Source: Lepidodermella squamata (lineage: Eukaryota > Animalia > Gastrotricha). Taken from it: DNA of 64,000 bases. Position numbers and translations under genes: made by a program. Position 1 is the first letter of the stretch. The number at the start of each line of letters is the position of its first letter. Location of the stretch: contig JBLDXI010000011.1 of assembly GCA_047495785.1 (NCBI GenBank), forward strand, positions 1,426,001-1,490,000. Reading direction: 5' to 3'. The notes under the pieces are model-generated. The model saw only the letters and a program-made list of their open reading frames with translations. It searched no databases and had not been told where the DNA came from. Below, piece after piece: positions 39,101 through 50,436 of the stretch.

Positions 39101-39698
39101 AGCATCTTCAAATAAGCCTGCTAAAATTCGAAAAAATGCGATGTAATGACTAGTGATGCATGTTGTTTTTTCACTGTTATTGTAATTTCAGTAATAAAAA
39201 TCTCGAGTTCACCTATTTTTGTTATGTTTTATTTCCATCTCAAAGCTAGGCGAGATCCCTGAAATGGTTTTATTTTGATCATTTTTAGAGACATTTATTT
39301 TAGAATTTTCGGTTTTCGAAATTTAGCGGCAAAATCAAGGTAGGTGCATTTAAATAATGGATTGAAATTTCGCATTTAATATTTTCAATATTTTTTTTAA
39401 GCCACACTATCAGTCCTGATAATGAATCAGCATGGCATCGGCCAATTATTTTCGGTAACTTTTCCTAAGGATGAGAGAGAAATAGCGATTTTCGAAGCGA
39501 TCAGCTTGTTCCTTCTTGCCCAATAATTCGAATAACTGAAAATTTGCCTTGTCTTTGGATTATTTTTTCAGCTGGACCAACTTTTCGGTGAAATAATCAT
39601 GTCATGGATTTTGAACAAATAAAAAGTCTAAATTGATGGAAAAATTGTAATAATTTTTTTTTAGTAATTTTGTGGAACGTTTTATACGGCTTGAGCAT

Positions 39699-41213
39699 AT
39701 GCCGAATCCGGATGACAACGGCGGGTTTGTTCCTCGTATTGTTCCTCGCGGAAAATTATAATGAGGTTGTTGTACAATTTCAGGGATGCTGCTAATTTCG
39801 ACACTTTAGACTGGCTCACAAATTGGTTTGACGATTCTCTTATTGTTACCTAGAGCGTGTCCCATGAATTGCGCAACTTTTGTAATTATGCAATTTTTTT
39901 TAACTAATTTTCTCAAATTATGATCACTGCTAGGGAATCTTCCATCCTTTATGCACGATTTTAACGATGAAATTGAAAATTTACCGGAGAAAACCATGAT
40001 GGTATCTGGTTCGGTAATTTTCGGTTTTCACCTGGTTGGGTCAAATTTCTTCGGATTCTTTTAATCCCATTCCTAAGAAACTTACTTGGTTACTATGCTT
40101 TTGGAGTTTTAGATTTTTCCACGATTTTTCTCCTCTCATTGTAGAGTTTCTGATTCCTATTCAGTGCCATTTCTTTGATTGCGTTACTTATAGGACACGC
40201 TGTACTTCAGGTGTACCTAGTAAAAAATCCGATAAAAAAGGAAAAAAATCGAAATCGCGACAAATTAGAAAACTTTAGGGCTATATCGGTGATTGATTTC
40301 TTCGATTCCGGTGATGATTGGCCTAATTTCGTCGTGATTTCTAAGTTCATCGCATAATAATATTCATATATCGCTGAAATCAGCAAAAAATCGCAAAATA
40401 TTGCTTATTATCGATTACCGATCGATAACCGATCAATCAAAATCAATATCACCTGATCATCACAAAAAATGTATCGATGGAAAGTACTGATCAAGGGTAT
40501 CTCGAAAATCACTTGAGGCCATTCCAATTTTGAACCCGATTTCACCTCTTTGTTCACCAATCCTCGTGCCTGTTTTTGTTTCAGGATACGAAGCGTGGGC
40601 AGAAAATCCAGAAGAGCCGATAGAGCGAACGCGAACGCAGAACGCATGTTGGCTTGCTTTGATCGACGCATTGCAAACTTTGAAGCGACGTCTACTCGAG
40701 AAGACTTAGAAGCGCTTCGCAGCTACTTGAATCGCTTAAAGGAGTGCAATGCTCGCGTCTGTAAACTACAAAAAGAAGTTAAGCGAGAGCTTAAAATGCT
40801 GCGGATCGCCGTTTTCTTAGTCGGCATGGCCTATAGGGTATGTTTTACTTGATTTGCTTGATTTGCGTCGAAAAATAGAACAAATTATGTACAATTAAGC
40901 CATCTGGTTTGGCTATTTCGAGAACCCCGAATTTGGGGCTTGGGACATCGCGACCGGGTAAAACAGGATGTTTTCCGATTTCGCTCCGATCGAAAAAAGT
41001 CCTCCTGTAACTTGGATTTCTTATCCTAACTAACTGGTACTTGGGGTGCCAGAACGATACTTGAAACCAAATGATCTTTCCTAAAATTTCTCAGTTTTAA
41101 GATGTTTCAAGTTCATTGCCAACGATTTTAATATAATATGTTATGCCTATTTTATACGCCAGCTTCTTCCTTTTCTGCTGATGATACTTTCTGGGCTGGC
41201 GCAAGCTGTATGA
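39699..41213 (+). CDS. Orphan subfamily A copy A3 (hydrophobic C-terminus, possibly tail-anchored)
   Basis: MPNPDDNG / GDAANFDTLDWLTN / WIRSVGRKSRR...ELKMLRIAVFLVGMAYR / LLPFLLMILSGLAQAV*. Last exon 41163-41213. Confidence 0.65.
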
Positions 41214-41515
41214 GATTGGCACGCCGAGGGCTGAAACCAATGGACTACTGACGTCTGACTGATATTAATCTCGAACTCGCTGACATTGTCAATGTAACTT
41301 ATGATCTTGTATCTTATTTTCATGCCACGATTTTATTTAGTATTTCGGCGCTTGATTAGATAGCTGTAAGAATGTTATTTCTTTTATTTTTTATCTTGGT
41401 GAACATGATCAGCGACGATACCATCATGTAAGTCTTCGTTTATTTTCTTCATTTTGTTTCATACAAACATTATTTTTTTAGTATTTTTTTCGAACGTTTC
41501 AAGGCTACGGGGAGT

Positions 41516-42658
41516 ATGCCGCATCCGGATGGCAACGACGGGTTTGTTCCGTCAATTGAATACAGGGAAAAGTGTAATGAGGTTGTTGTACATTTTCAGG
41601 GATGCTCGCGTTGGCTACATTACTGGCTTGATAATAGCTTGGTTTGATGAATTGATTGTTGTTACCTATTACTTATTATTTAGCTTCGTTTAATATCGGA
41701 AAAATCGCTGATTTGCGAAATCGATACCGCCTCTGGGCTCTGGAGTCCAAATTATAACTCGGGAACTGGCTGCTATCATAGCGGACTTCGAAAATGAAAA
41801 TTCTAATGAAAAATCGATGAACAGGCTGGAGCTCCAATTTTAGCGCTCGATTTAACAAATCATTAATTTTTCCTATTCAATAAATCTCAACCCGCAATGG
41901 ACTTTTCCAGGATACGAAGGGTGGAAAGAAAAGCAAGATGTGCGTGTGATAGAGCGCTTGAAGAAATTCAACAAGTGAACGATTGCCTTGCGCGAAAGAT
42001 TGCAGACTGGCCAGCGGAGCCTACTCAAGAAGAATTGCAGGCGCTTTGTGACGACTTGCATCGCATAATCGAGTGATGGGCCCGCCTCGATAAAATAGAA
42101 GAAGAAACCCGGCGAAAAATAAAAATGTTGCAGAAAACTTCGCATACTTACTTGGAGTGGCTTGGCAGGTATGCTATACTGATATAGTTAACAGCCTTAA
42201 CCTTAATCCTTTACATAATTTGAAAAAGTCGACCAATAAGGTACAAATAAAAGCAATCTAGCTTCTGAATTCGGTTTCTGTGACATCCATTTTAAGGCTC
42301 GGGGACATCGGGACCGAGGAATACCCTCCTCTATGTTACTTGCCGGAAAAACGGAGTAGAGATTTTCGTCGAATTTTCTTTATTTTCCAATTTCAAATTG
42401 GTGGGTAGTGGGCCAAGTCCTTCCCCGAATTTCTATTTTAACGAGCTGCGGTACTTCGCCGGGGTAGGCGATGTTGACGAGATCGTAACCCAACTCATCT
42501 AATTTTGTGCAATGTCCCACTTTTAAGATGCCTTCATTATACCTATGATTATTTGTTGCGCCTATTTTTTACAACAGGTGCTGTTTCCCTGTGTGCTGAT
42601 GATGTTATTTGATGGGATGGCAATCATCCCTTGGAAATTTTTTGGATACGAAAATTAG
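41516..42658 (+). pseudogene. Orphan subfamily A copy A4 (tandem duplicate of A3) with a nonsense codon and frameshift
   Basis: Same exon layout as A3. TGA at 42074-42076 replaces the conserved Cys, and a 2-nt excess near 42134 shifts the frame before the exon-3 donor. Confidence 0.7.
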
Positions 42659-42840
42659 CATGCCGAGGGCTGAAACCAATGGATCACCTGACTTTTAGTA
42701 ATCTCAAACTCGCTGACTTTGTTCCTAGTATCATATTTGCATGCGGCTCAAAACTCTGCTCAGAATCATGAATATGAAAATTTGTTGCTTTATTATCTAG
42801 GTGGATGCAATAGCGTTATTTAGTAGTCAACTTGGTGAAC

Positions 42841-43419
42841 ATGAACAGCGACGGTACCAGGTGATTCCAAGTCCCAACCACTTGAATTTTGCAACAATGT
42901 TTCCTTTTTTCCAGCAAATCTTCCTTAGACCCTGCAATGGTTGAATGCCTGTACCATTGGTGAGTTTGAATCTAAAAGATGGCCTGATTTCCATTGAAAC
43001 TACCTACATTACATAACAGGCTGGTAGCTTATTTGGGTCGCTTGAAGGTGTATCTTGAAGAAATGGATGGTATTAAGCGCGGAATGAAGCGTTTGGAACA
43101 ACGCCGAATAACTGTAGAGAAAAGCGAGAGGTTGATTGCCTTGTTGAACCGCATTTACGATCACTGTCAAGCCGCTAGCCAGGCGTTGCACCATTTACAA
43201 GAAGATTTCAGAATTATTGCTCAGGTAAAATGGGCAAAATCAGACTATGTGCCAAATTAATAGCTTTGCACATCCTTTCAGTGGGGTCTTTTATTTTTAC
43301 GAAAAAACCTCGACTTTCAAAATTAAATTTTCTAATACCATCGTCTGAACCTTTTTTATTGATTTTAGATTGTTGACGTTTCCGAGTTGCAGTATCTGAT
43401 TGATCCTAAAAACTGGTGA
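42841..43419 (+). CDS. Orphan subfamily B-like copy B5
   Basis: MNSDGTS / KSSLDPAMVECLYHW / LVAYLGRLKVYLEEMDGIKRGMKRLEQ...FRIIAQ / IVDVSELQYLIDPKNW*, with intron phases 2,2,0. A paralogous first exon alone (B4) sits at 41405. Confidence 0.65.
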
Positions 43420-43854
43420 CTAAATAAGGTCTGAAGTTGTTGTGGTTCCTCGAATATTTAATCGATGAAAATCTTCGTGCATTAAGTGACGAATAAAGTA
43501 GAAAGGAGCAATACAGAATTATTGTTCATGGCAATAGAAAAAATTAAAATGAGACTGATGATCTAACGCTGCAATATGCCTGGAAACACGGTTATTTTGT
43601 GGGTATGAGTATCATATGCTAGTAGTACCATCCTGTTGCAGCCTCGAGGCCTTGGTGTGGCCATTGTTAAGCCATGGCCAAGCGAAGTTCGAGGAGGAGA
43701 GGGGAAGGGGAGGGTCATTTCTCTGTTCCGAATATGGAGTTTTTCCAGTGATTTACTAAAGAGTTAATGCAGATTTCTTTCGGAGCTTTTATTTCATATA
43801 TACTCAACTGCGTTCTTGAATTTTTCTTGAAAAAGTTGAAAAGCTAAATGTTCA

Positions 43855-45447
43855 TCAGATTTCTAACAAAGCAAGGATATCGTCCTGTATGGCTCGTATG
43901 CAATTTTCCCCGGAGCAATGTTTCAGGGATTCCAATTCGTTATGCAGATGTCTAGCAAGAACTCGCGGTAAAAATTCACACTTATTCTTCAGCTGGTGCG
44001 GATCCCACGTCAAATCGTAGAACTCGCAATCCGAAGCCGAGAACTCGCAATAGAGCCAATTTCGATGCTTATCAAACACCCTTAAACAATCGTAAGAGTT
44101 ATTCCTAGCGTCCTGGCAGTAGCAAAATTCATCCCCGTCCCATTTCGGCGGAGTCGGGAAAAAATTCGCGGTAACATTCGTGCACAACATGTTGGTCTGG
44201 AAGCAGCCATCGGGCGCTATCACCTTATCCCCATCGCCCAGCTCAAAATCTGCCTCGCCACGGTATTGAACCAACAAAGTGTTCCGAGTTTTACGATGAC
44301 TATCGAAGAATCTCAAAAGTGACTGGCCATCGAATTGCCCCTCGGCTACATCAGCTCTTGCAATCTCGGCAAAAGTTGGCGTTAGGTCGAATAGGGCTAC
44401 CGGAGTGCTCACGAACATTTTCGGCAGGGTGTGAGGGTAAAATGCCCCTGCAGGTAACCACATAACAGGGACTCGAATATCGCAGTCATAGGGCAGGCGT
44501 TTATCCGAAACAGACCGATATTCCCCATTATGATACCCGTTATCCGAGGCGTAGAACAAATGCGTTGAATCTAGCAATTCAAGCTCCTGCAAACGGTCGA
44601 CAACATTCAGCACTATATCGTCAACAGTTTTCAAGCTCTGCAGGCGTTTTCGATACTCGACATCGGTGAAATGAATCAAATTCTCATCCATTTCCTCCGC
44701 CCGGCTAACCAGCCATTGCTTACCCTCTTGCCCGTGGTTGAAAGATGGCGGTCGAGGCGATTTGATCCCCTCGAAATCGTTTTGGTACTGCGGCTCAGCG
44801 TCGTTAGGTAGATGGCATGCTGTTACTGCTAGGATCATCATAAAAGGCCTGTCGCTTTGTTTACGACCTTCAAGGAAGTTGAGCGCGTGATTCTCGACAA
44901 CCCTTGGCAAATAATCGTCCGGGTAAGTTGTGCCATGGTCTTTCCTAACTCCGTTGTTCGAAATGCTGTAGTCGTACTGAACACTCGACCCAGTTCCGTG
45001 CCAATCAGTCCAGCCTGCTGGGATCCGTTCATAGCCACCATTTTGGTTTGACCCGTAGTTGTTAAGGTACTTCCCAGCGTAGAATGTGTCATACCCAGCG
45101 GCTTGCATTACTACAGGTAGAGAAAACGGCTCGTTACGTTTTTGCCAGTTGACTGAATCGCAATCGCCTAGTAATGAGTTGTTCACGGCTCCGTTCCTGC
45201 CGATGTGACGGCCGGATATGAATGTAGCCCGGCTGACGCAGCATACAGGGGTGGTTGTGTACGTGTTTTCGAAGTGGATTGGGCTTTTGTTGAAGAGACG
45301 CCGAATGCCGGGGACGAACTCGAGTGTCGACATGTCCTGGTCGTCTGTGAGGAACATGACGATATTAGGCCGCTTATTCTGATCGCCATCAGACTTAACA
45401 AAGGCCATCATACAGGCCGAAAGTAGAAAAATCAGTTGTAAATTCAT
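43855..45447 (-). CDS. N-acetylglucosamine-6-sulfatase (GNS/Sulf family)-like sulfatase, intronless, with signal peptide
   Basis: RPNIVMFLTDDQD, CCVSRATFISG, GYDTFYAGKYLN, SDNGYH, DKRLPYDCDIRVP, DARNNSYDCLR and YDLTWDPHQL. TATA-like ATATAAA about 45 nt upstream of the ATG. Confidence 0.9.
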   Translation of the reverse strand: MNLQLIFLLSACMMAFVKSDGDQNKRPNIVMFLTDDQDMSTLEFVPGIRRLFNKSPIHFENTYTTTPVCCVSRATFISGRHIGRNGAVNNSLLGDCDSVNWQKRNEPFSLPVVMQAAGYDTFYAGKYLNNYGSNQNGGYERIPAGWTDWHGTGSSVQYDYSISNNGVRKDHGTTYPDDYLPRVVENHALNFLEGRKQSDRPFMMILAVTACHLPNDAEPQYQNDFEGIKSPRPPSFNHGQEGKQWLVSRAEEMDENLIHFTDVEYRKRLQSLKTVDDIVLNVVDRLQELELLDSTHLFYASDNGYHNGEYRSVSDKRLPYDCDIRVPVMWLPAGAFYPHTLPKMFVSTPVALFDLTPTFAEIARADVAEGQFDGQSLLRFFDSHRKTRNTLLVQYRGEADFELGDGDKVIAPDGCFQTNMLCTNVTANFFPTPPKWDGDEFCYCQDARNNSYDCLRVFDKHRNWLYCEFSASDCEFYDLTWDPHQLKNKCEFLPRVLARHLHNELESLKHCSGENCIRAIQDDILALLEI

Positions 45448-46259
45448 GGTGAAACGGGAATGATGTTAGGTTTATTTTTCCGCTTGAGGTTTATATATCT
45501 GGTTGATTTGACCTTGGACATGTTTTGTGATAGTTCAAGGACATGGACAATGAGATATCGGAAGAGTCGGGGCGGTGTGAGGGCACTTTTTACAAGACTT
45601 TTAAAGATAAGACTGCCCTTAATAAAAGCTGACTGTTTACTGTTTACTAGAGGAAATCAATGGTAAGCGTAACAGTTTTAGTTTCAAAACTGATATAATG
45701 TCTAGAGCGGGCGCTCATGCTGAATCATACGAGGAACCATCGTGGAACCATCGCAACGCTGCATGTTTTTGACCGTTATTTTTGCTTTGTGAATTGTCCA
45801 TAGCCAAGAGTCAATTTAAACACCGTTAAATAAGGCCTAGAGTGTTAAAAAGCGAACCTGATGAGGGGAATGGTTTGTTATTCACGCTCACAAGCTTATC
45901 TCAACTTATCTCGGTCAGGCGTAAACTTTGACCTCGTTTGGTTACTGGGACGTCTGAAAGTACCCGATAATTGTGCGAAATTTTATAAACAGCAGCTTTT
46001 CAGGTAAATGGTACTTTTCAATTGCCAATTGCCATGACTGATACCGGACTGATGAAAACTGGTGAAAACCTGAGCCCATGCAGAACGAAAAATTTCTTAT
46101 TTTCAGGTTTTAATTTGGTCAAGTTACCGTTTCATGATATGTCGTCACCGATTACCTTAAAGCTCGGGATGAACCAACAAAATTCGATCAAAAATTGTAG
46201 TATTTATTACAACCGTTTCTTTCAGAGAATAGAATGACATTTTTTTGCAAATTTGAGTA

Positions 46260-46980
46260 TGGAAGTCCGGGGGTTGCTCCGGAGGGTTTTTAGGTGCCTT
46301 GGTTCTAATTAGGGTGCTCCAAGGTTCAGGGTGATAAAGAATCTGCTGGTCTTAGGGTGCTTCTTGTGGTCCGGATGATTCAGAATCACATAGCCCTGAG
46401 CCCTGAGGTGCACCAAGGGTTCGGGTGCTCCGATGCCCCGGGTGTTGGTGTGCTCTGATCAGCTTGGCGCTCGGGGTGCTGCCTTAATTCTCTGTATTTG
46501 GCGATGATATCAACTCAATTATTGAACTGAGCTCGCGACTGAAGATATAATACGAAAAAATCTCATTAATCACAACAGCTAACGTTTTAATTAAAAGTAA
46601 ACATTGAATTTTCAATTTTTCTACAATTTTTGGTAACCTTGAAAAAAAGACAGCGACCGCTGTTAAGCGCGGCAACGTCAGGTGTTTAACGTGAAGATGG
46701 CTCAAATATTTTGTTGTTCCGATAATGGCGTCAATAAGCTCTGGATACCAGGGTGCTCCGGCTCCTAGGATGCTCCGGGTTTGGGGGGCTCTAGGTCCTA
46801 GGGTGATCTGGGTCCTGAGGTGCTCCGGGTCCTAGGGTGCTCTGGGTCTTAGGTTCCTCTGGGTTCTAGGAGGCTCTAGCTCCAAGGGTGCTCTGGCTCC
46901 CAGGGTGCTCCAGGTGCTAGGGTGCTCCGGGTCCCATGGTGCTCTGGGTCCCGGGGTGCTCCGAGTGCTCCTGATGATCC
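46260..46980 (+). repeat. Degenerate GGGTGCTC(C/T)G minisatellite blocks
   Basis: Repeated gggtgctccg / gggtcctag units at 46260-46480 and 46740-46980. The same family recurs in the ceramide synthase intron. Confidence 0.7.
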
Positions 46981-47777
46981 TGAATCTACAGGGGTTCAAA
47001 TGCACCTGTTCTGCTATGATTATGATGCTCCTCGCTCGCAGATTTCAATTTAGTTTTAATTCAAATCGTTTTGTTCAAATTCTAATATCGAAAAAAAGAC
47101 AGCGATCCCCAGCACACGAGGAGCGCGACGTCAGGTGTTCAGCAGCCACGCCGGATTATTTAACCACATATTCGTGTTATAGCATTTCCAACGCGTTGAC
47201 TCGCGCGCGATGAGAGACGCGCGTCAACTAATAATAGTAATACTTTTACAACAGCAATAAATCGATGCGTCGATGCGCCACATTGAGGCGGTCGGGCGCG
47301 CGCGCGCGCGCGGCTTGCTTTATTTCGCCGCGCGTGCCTGCGCCCGCCGCGCACGCTCGCTCGCTCGGCCTAAAACTGTGAAGAATCGTTTCTCGCGGCA
47401 TTAAAATTTCATCAAACAACTAAAACTGCCCTGTGCAATGATGATTATTCTAAAGAGATGTACATACGTTCTATTGAGTGCCTATAGGTACTCGTTTCAT
47501 AATACAGTGTATTCAATATACATGAATGAATGGCCCCACCGATGAATGTTGCGATTCATTTATTGTGGGCGAAAGTAGTTCAAACACCGCTTTTATTTCA
47601 CCCAGCTCAAAACTAAAATTATTATTTATAGAAAATTTTATTCACCCTATGATTAAAATTTACACACCCCGAGTTTTTTGCTATTTATTATAGAAAAATA
47701 TTTATCTCATTGTTCTGATTTTTTAGCGAATTTCCAATAATTTAATTTCTTCATTTTTTTTTTATTTTGTATAGATA

Positions 47778-49893
47778 ATGGATATAGTGACAGGAATTTT
47801 TAGGCGTGACGAAGGTATGCCGGCGCCTTACGGCGGGTGTGAGCACCTTCGCATGAACCTGAGCGCCTATGCCGAGTCGGGTGAGGAGATTTACAACCCG
47901 ATCCAGGCGACGCGGGACATTTTCACCAGTTTTCGCACGTATCTCAAATGCTGGCGGCAGTTGAATGAAACGAGCGATGGCATGACGGATTTGATGGCCC
48001 TCGGCCAGTTGCCCGCCTATGATGTCGCTATTGTGGTGCTAATGACTATCGCGTGGACGGTGGCTCGTTTTGGTCTAACCAAGGTAAAAATCATCGAAAT
48101 TTTAGAATTTCATAATTTCCATTTTAAAATTCCAGCTTAATTTTAAAATTGAATTTTTAACCATTTTTCCAATTTTTCATGTCCAAAATTTGATAATATT
48201 TTAAATTTTCAAATGACCTGAAAAATTCTAAAAATATTACAATTAATTTTATGAATTTTTCAAAATTTTCGAAAATCTCTAAAATAATATTTTTTGAAAT
48301 TCAAAAATATTTTAGAGAATTCTGTAAAATAATTATTTTTTCTTTAGGTTATTTTCGAGCCGTTTTGCCGAGCCTGGCGCATGCACCCGGTAAATGCGGC
48401 AAAGTTCCCAGAATCAGCCTTCAAAACCTTGTCATACCTCCTACTATGGTCAGCCGCTATGTGGGTCACCTTCGCCCGTGACCACGATTTCTTCTTCAAA
48501 TCTCTCTCGCTATGGTCCGACTGCCGGTACCGGTTTGGAACCGCGGCCTGGGACCTGCGTTTCGTTTACGGCCTAGAGACGTCCTACTACCTCCACTCGG
48601 TCTACACGACGATATACGTCGATAAATGGCGCCGTGATTCGCCGGTGATGCTGCTGCACCATTTGGTCACCCTGATCTTGGTCGGCTTCTCTTACTCGGT
48701 CAGCCATTTGAAGATTGGCATTTTGATATTCGTGCTCAACGACTGCAGTGACGTTATGCTTGAAGCGGCTAAATGCTTCGTCTACCTCAAGGTCAAAGGT
48801 GCGAGGTTCGAAAATCTGTGGAACACCCTGTCTGAAGTTTGCTCAACGATTTTTGCTGTTACCTGGTAAGTATACCGGGAAAGTCATTTCAAAACGGGTG
48901 ACTGGGTGCTAAAAAGGTTCATGATGTCATCTATTAGAAAATTCAAAAATAATTTCAACTTCCTTTCCTATCGAGCCACAATGGCGAAGGAAGCTCAGAA
49001 AGTTGGATTTAGTTGGCAATGGATGCCGCTGGGTGCTCCGTGGGTTCCTCGGGTGCTTGGGAACCCTGAACTCATTTCACTTGGGTTTTTGCTCGGGCGT
49101 TTAGGATAATAAAGTGGGCCCTAAGTACCCTGTGCTCTACGATGATAGGGGCTCCGGTAGCTCCCGGAGCTCCCGGAGCTCCCAGAGCTCTGGGTGATCT
49201 GGGTGCTCTGGGTGCTAGGGTTCTCCGGGTTACCCAGATGCTTCTGAAGCTCAGGGTGCTGGGATGCTCCCGGTGTGTCAGATTGTACTGGGCTTCTCGG
49301 GTGCTCTGGGCGCTAGGGTGCTTGGGTGCTCCTGGTGCTCCGGGTGCCAGGGACCTCTTTGTGTTACGTTTGGGCCTAGGGGCCTCCAGGTGCTAGGGCG
49401 CCCGGGTGTTAGGGTGCTCTTTTTATTCTAGATGAATTTCTCTTTTTCTCTTTATCTCAGGTTTTTCTTGCGCAACTTGCTACACCTGACCAAGATCTGG
49501 CGCTCATCAGCTTTCGGCTCGTTCCACTCAATGCCTTACCTGCCGCCGCCCCTGTGGCTGTTCTTCAACATCCTCGTCGGCTCACTCTACTTTTTCTACA
49601 CCTACTGGTCCTACTTCATCGCGCTGTTCATCTTCCGCGTGTGGCGCGGCACCATGAAAGAGCCGGAGGATCCGCGCGATGACGACGACAAGGAGCTGAT
49701 CGTCGAATCGCAGTCGCAGCAAGAAAAACGGCGCCAACACTCGGCTTCGATCACGCAACAGCGAAACAACCACCACCACGATCTGAAATCACCCCCAGCC
49801 AGCCCGGCGAAAACATCCGACGGCGAGCAGTCACCCTCGCGAAACTGGTCCCTCTTCACCCCGGGCGCTACGAAAGGCCGAAAGTCTGACTGA
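47778..49893 (+). CDS. Ceramide synthase (TLC/Lag1 domain), CERS1-like, no homeodomain
   Basis: Exons 47778-48083, 48348-48865 and 49461-49893. KFPESAFK, Lag1 motif RRDSPVMLLHHLVTLILVGFSY...NDCSDVMLEAAK, and C-terminal EDPRDDD. Confidence 0.9.
49020..49420 (+). repeat. GGGTGCTC minisatellite in ceramide synthase intron 2
   Basis: Same unit as 46260-46980, lying between the donor at 48866 and the acceptor at 49460. Confidence 0.7.
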
Positions 49894-50436
49894 AAAATCG
49901 CCGAAATACTGACTCGAACCCCATTTTACTTCCATCTCAATTCCATTGTAGTCGTTACTTTTTCCAAATTTCGATAATCAAAAATTAAATGTGCTGAAGG
50001 TTAAATCACCCTGAGAGCGATAAAATCAAATATTTTGAATTTTAATTTGAGGCGATCTCCAAATTATTTGGCTGAAAAATTCCGATTTTACCGCTCTTTT
50101 TGGCATGATGCAAAATTTGAAATTTATTCGATATGTCTCACTCGCCTTGCCATATTTTTGCCTCACCATTTTTCTATTATTATTATTCTAATTTTTGCCG
50201 TGAACAATTGCCGTCAGAGCTTTGAGAAAGCGTAAAATATTCATGCGTGTGAATTCTATACTGTACTCATTCAAATATTATTCGGAATTTTTTTGGCGAA
50301 ATTATATTTTTGGCTAATAAAACTGAAATTACGAAAAAGCGTTGAAATCGACCTTCAAAATTTTATTCAATCAAAAAAATATTAAAAATAGCAATAAATT
50401 GCAGAAATCATTTTTCAATGAGTAAATTTCAGCCGG

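Noticed and set aside
42074-42076. In-frame TGA aligned with a Cys conserved in paralogs, suggesting selenocysteine
   Set aside because: TGC to TGA is a single substitution, and the same exon has a 2-nt frameshift downstream. A pseudogene is the simpler explanation, and I recognised no SECIS element.
48736-48755. NDCSD rather than HDxSD in the ceramide synthase Lag1 motif
   Set aside because: The HH pair and both Asp residues are intact, and the position before the first Asp varies among Lag1 homologs.
49142-49396. GAPGAP-containing ORF that looks like collagen (also 46905-47213)
   Set aside because: It is a translation of the GGGTGCTC minisatellite, with no sustained Gly-X-Y frame and no splice structure.
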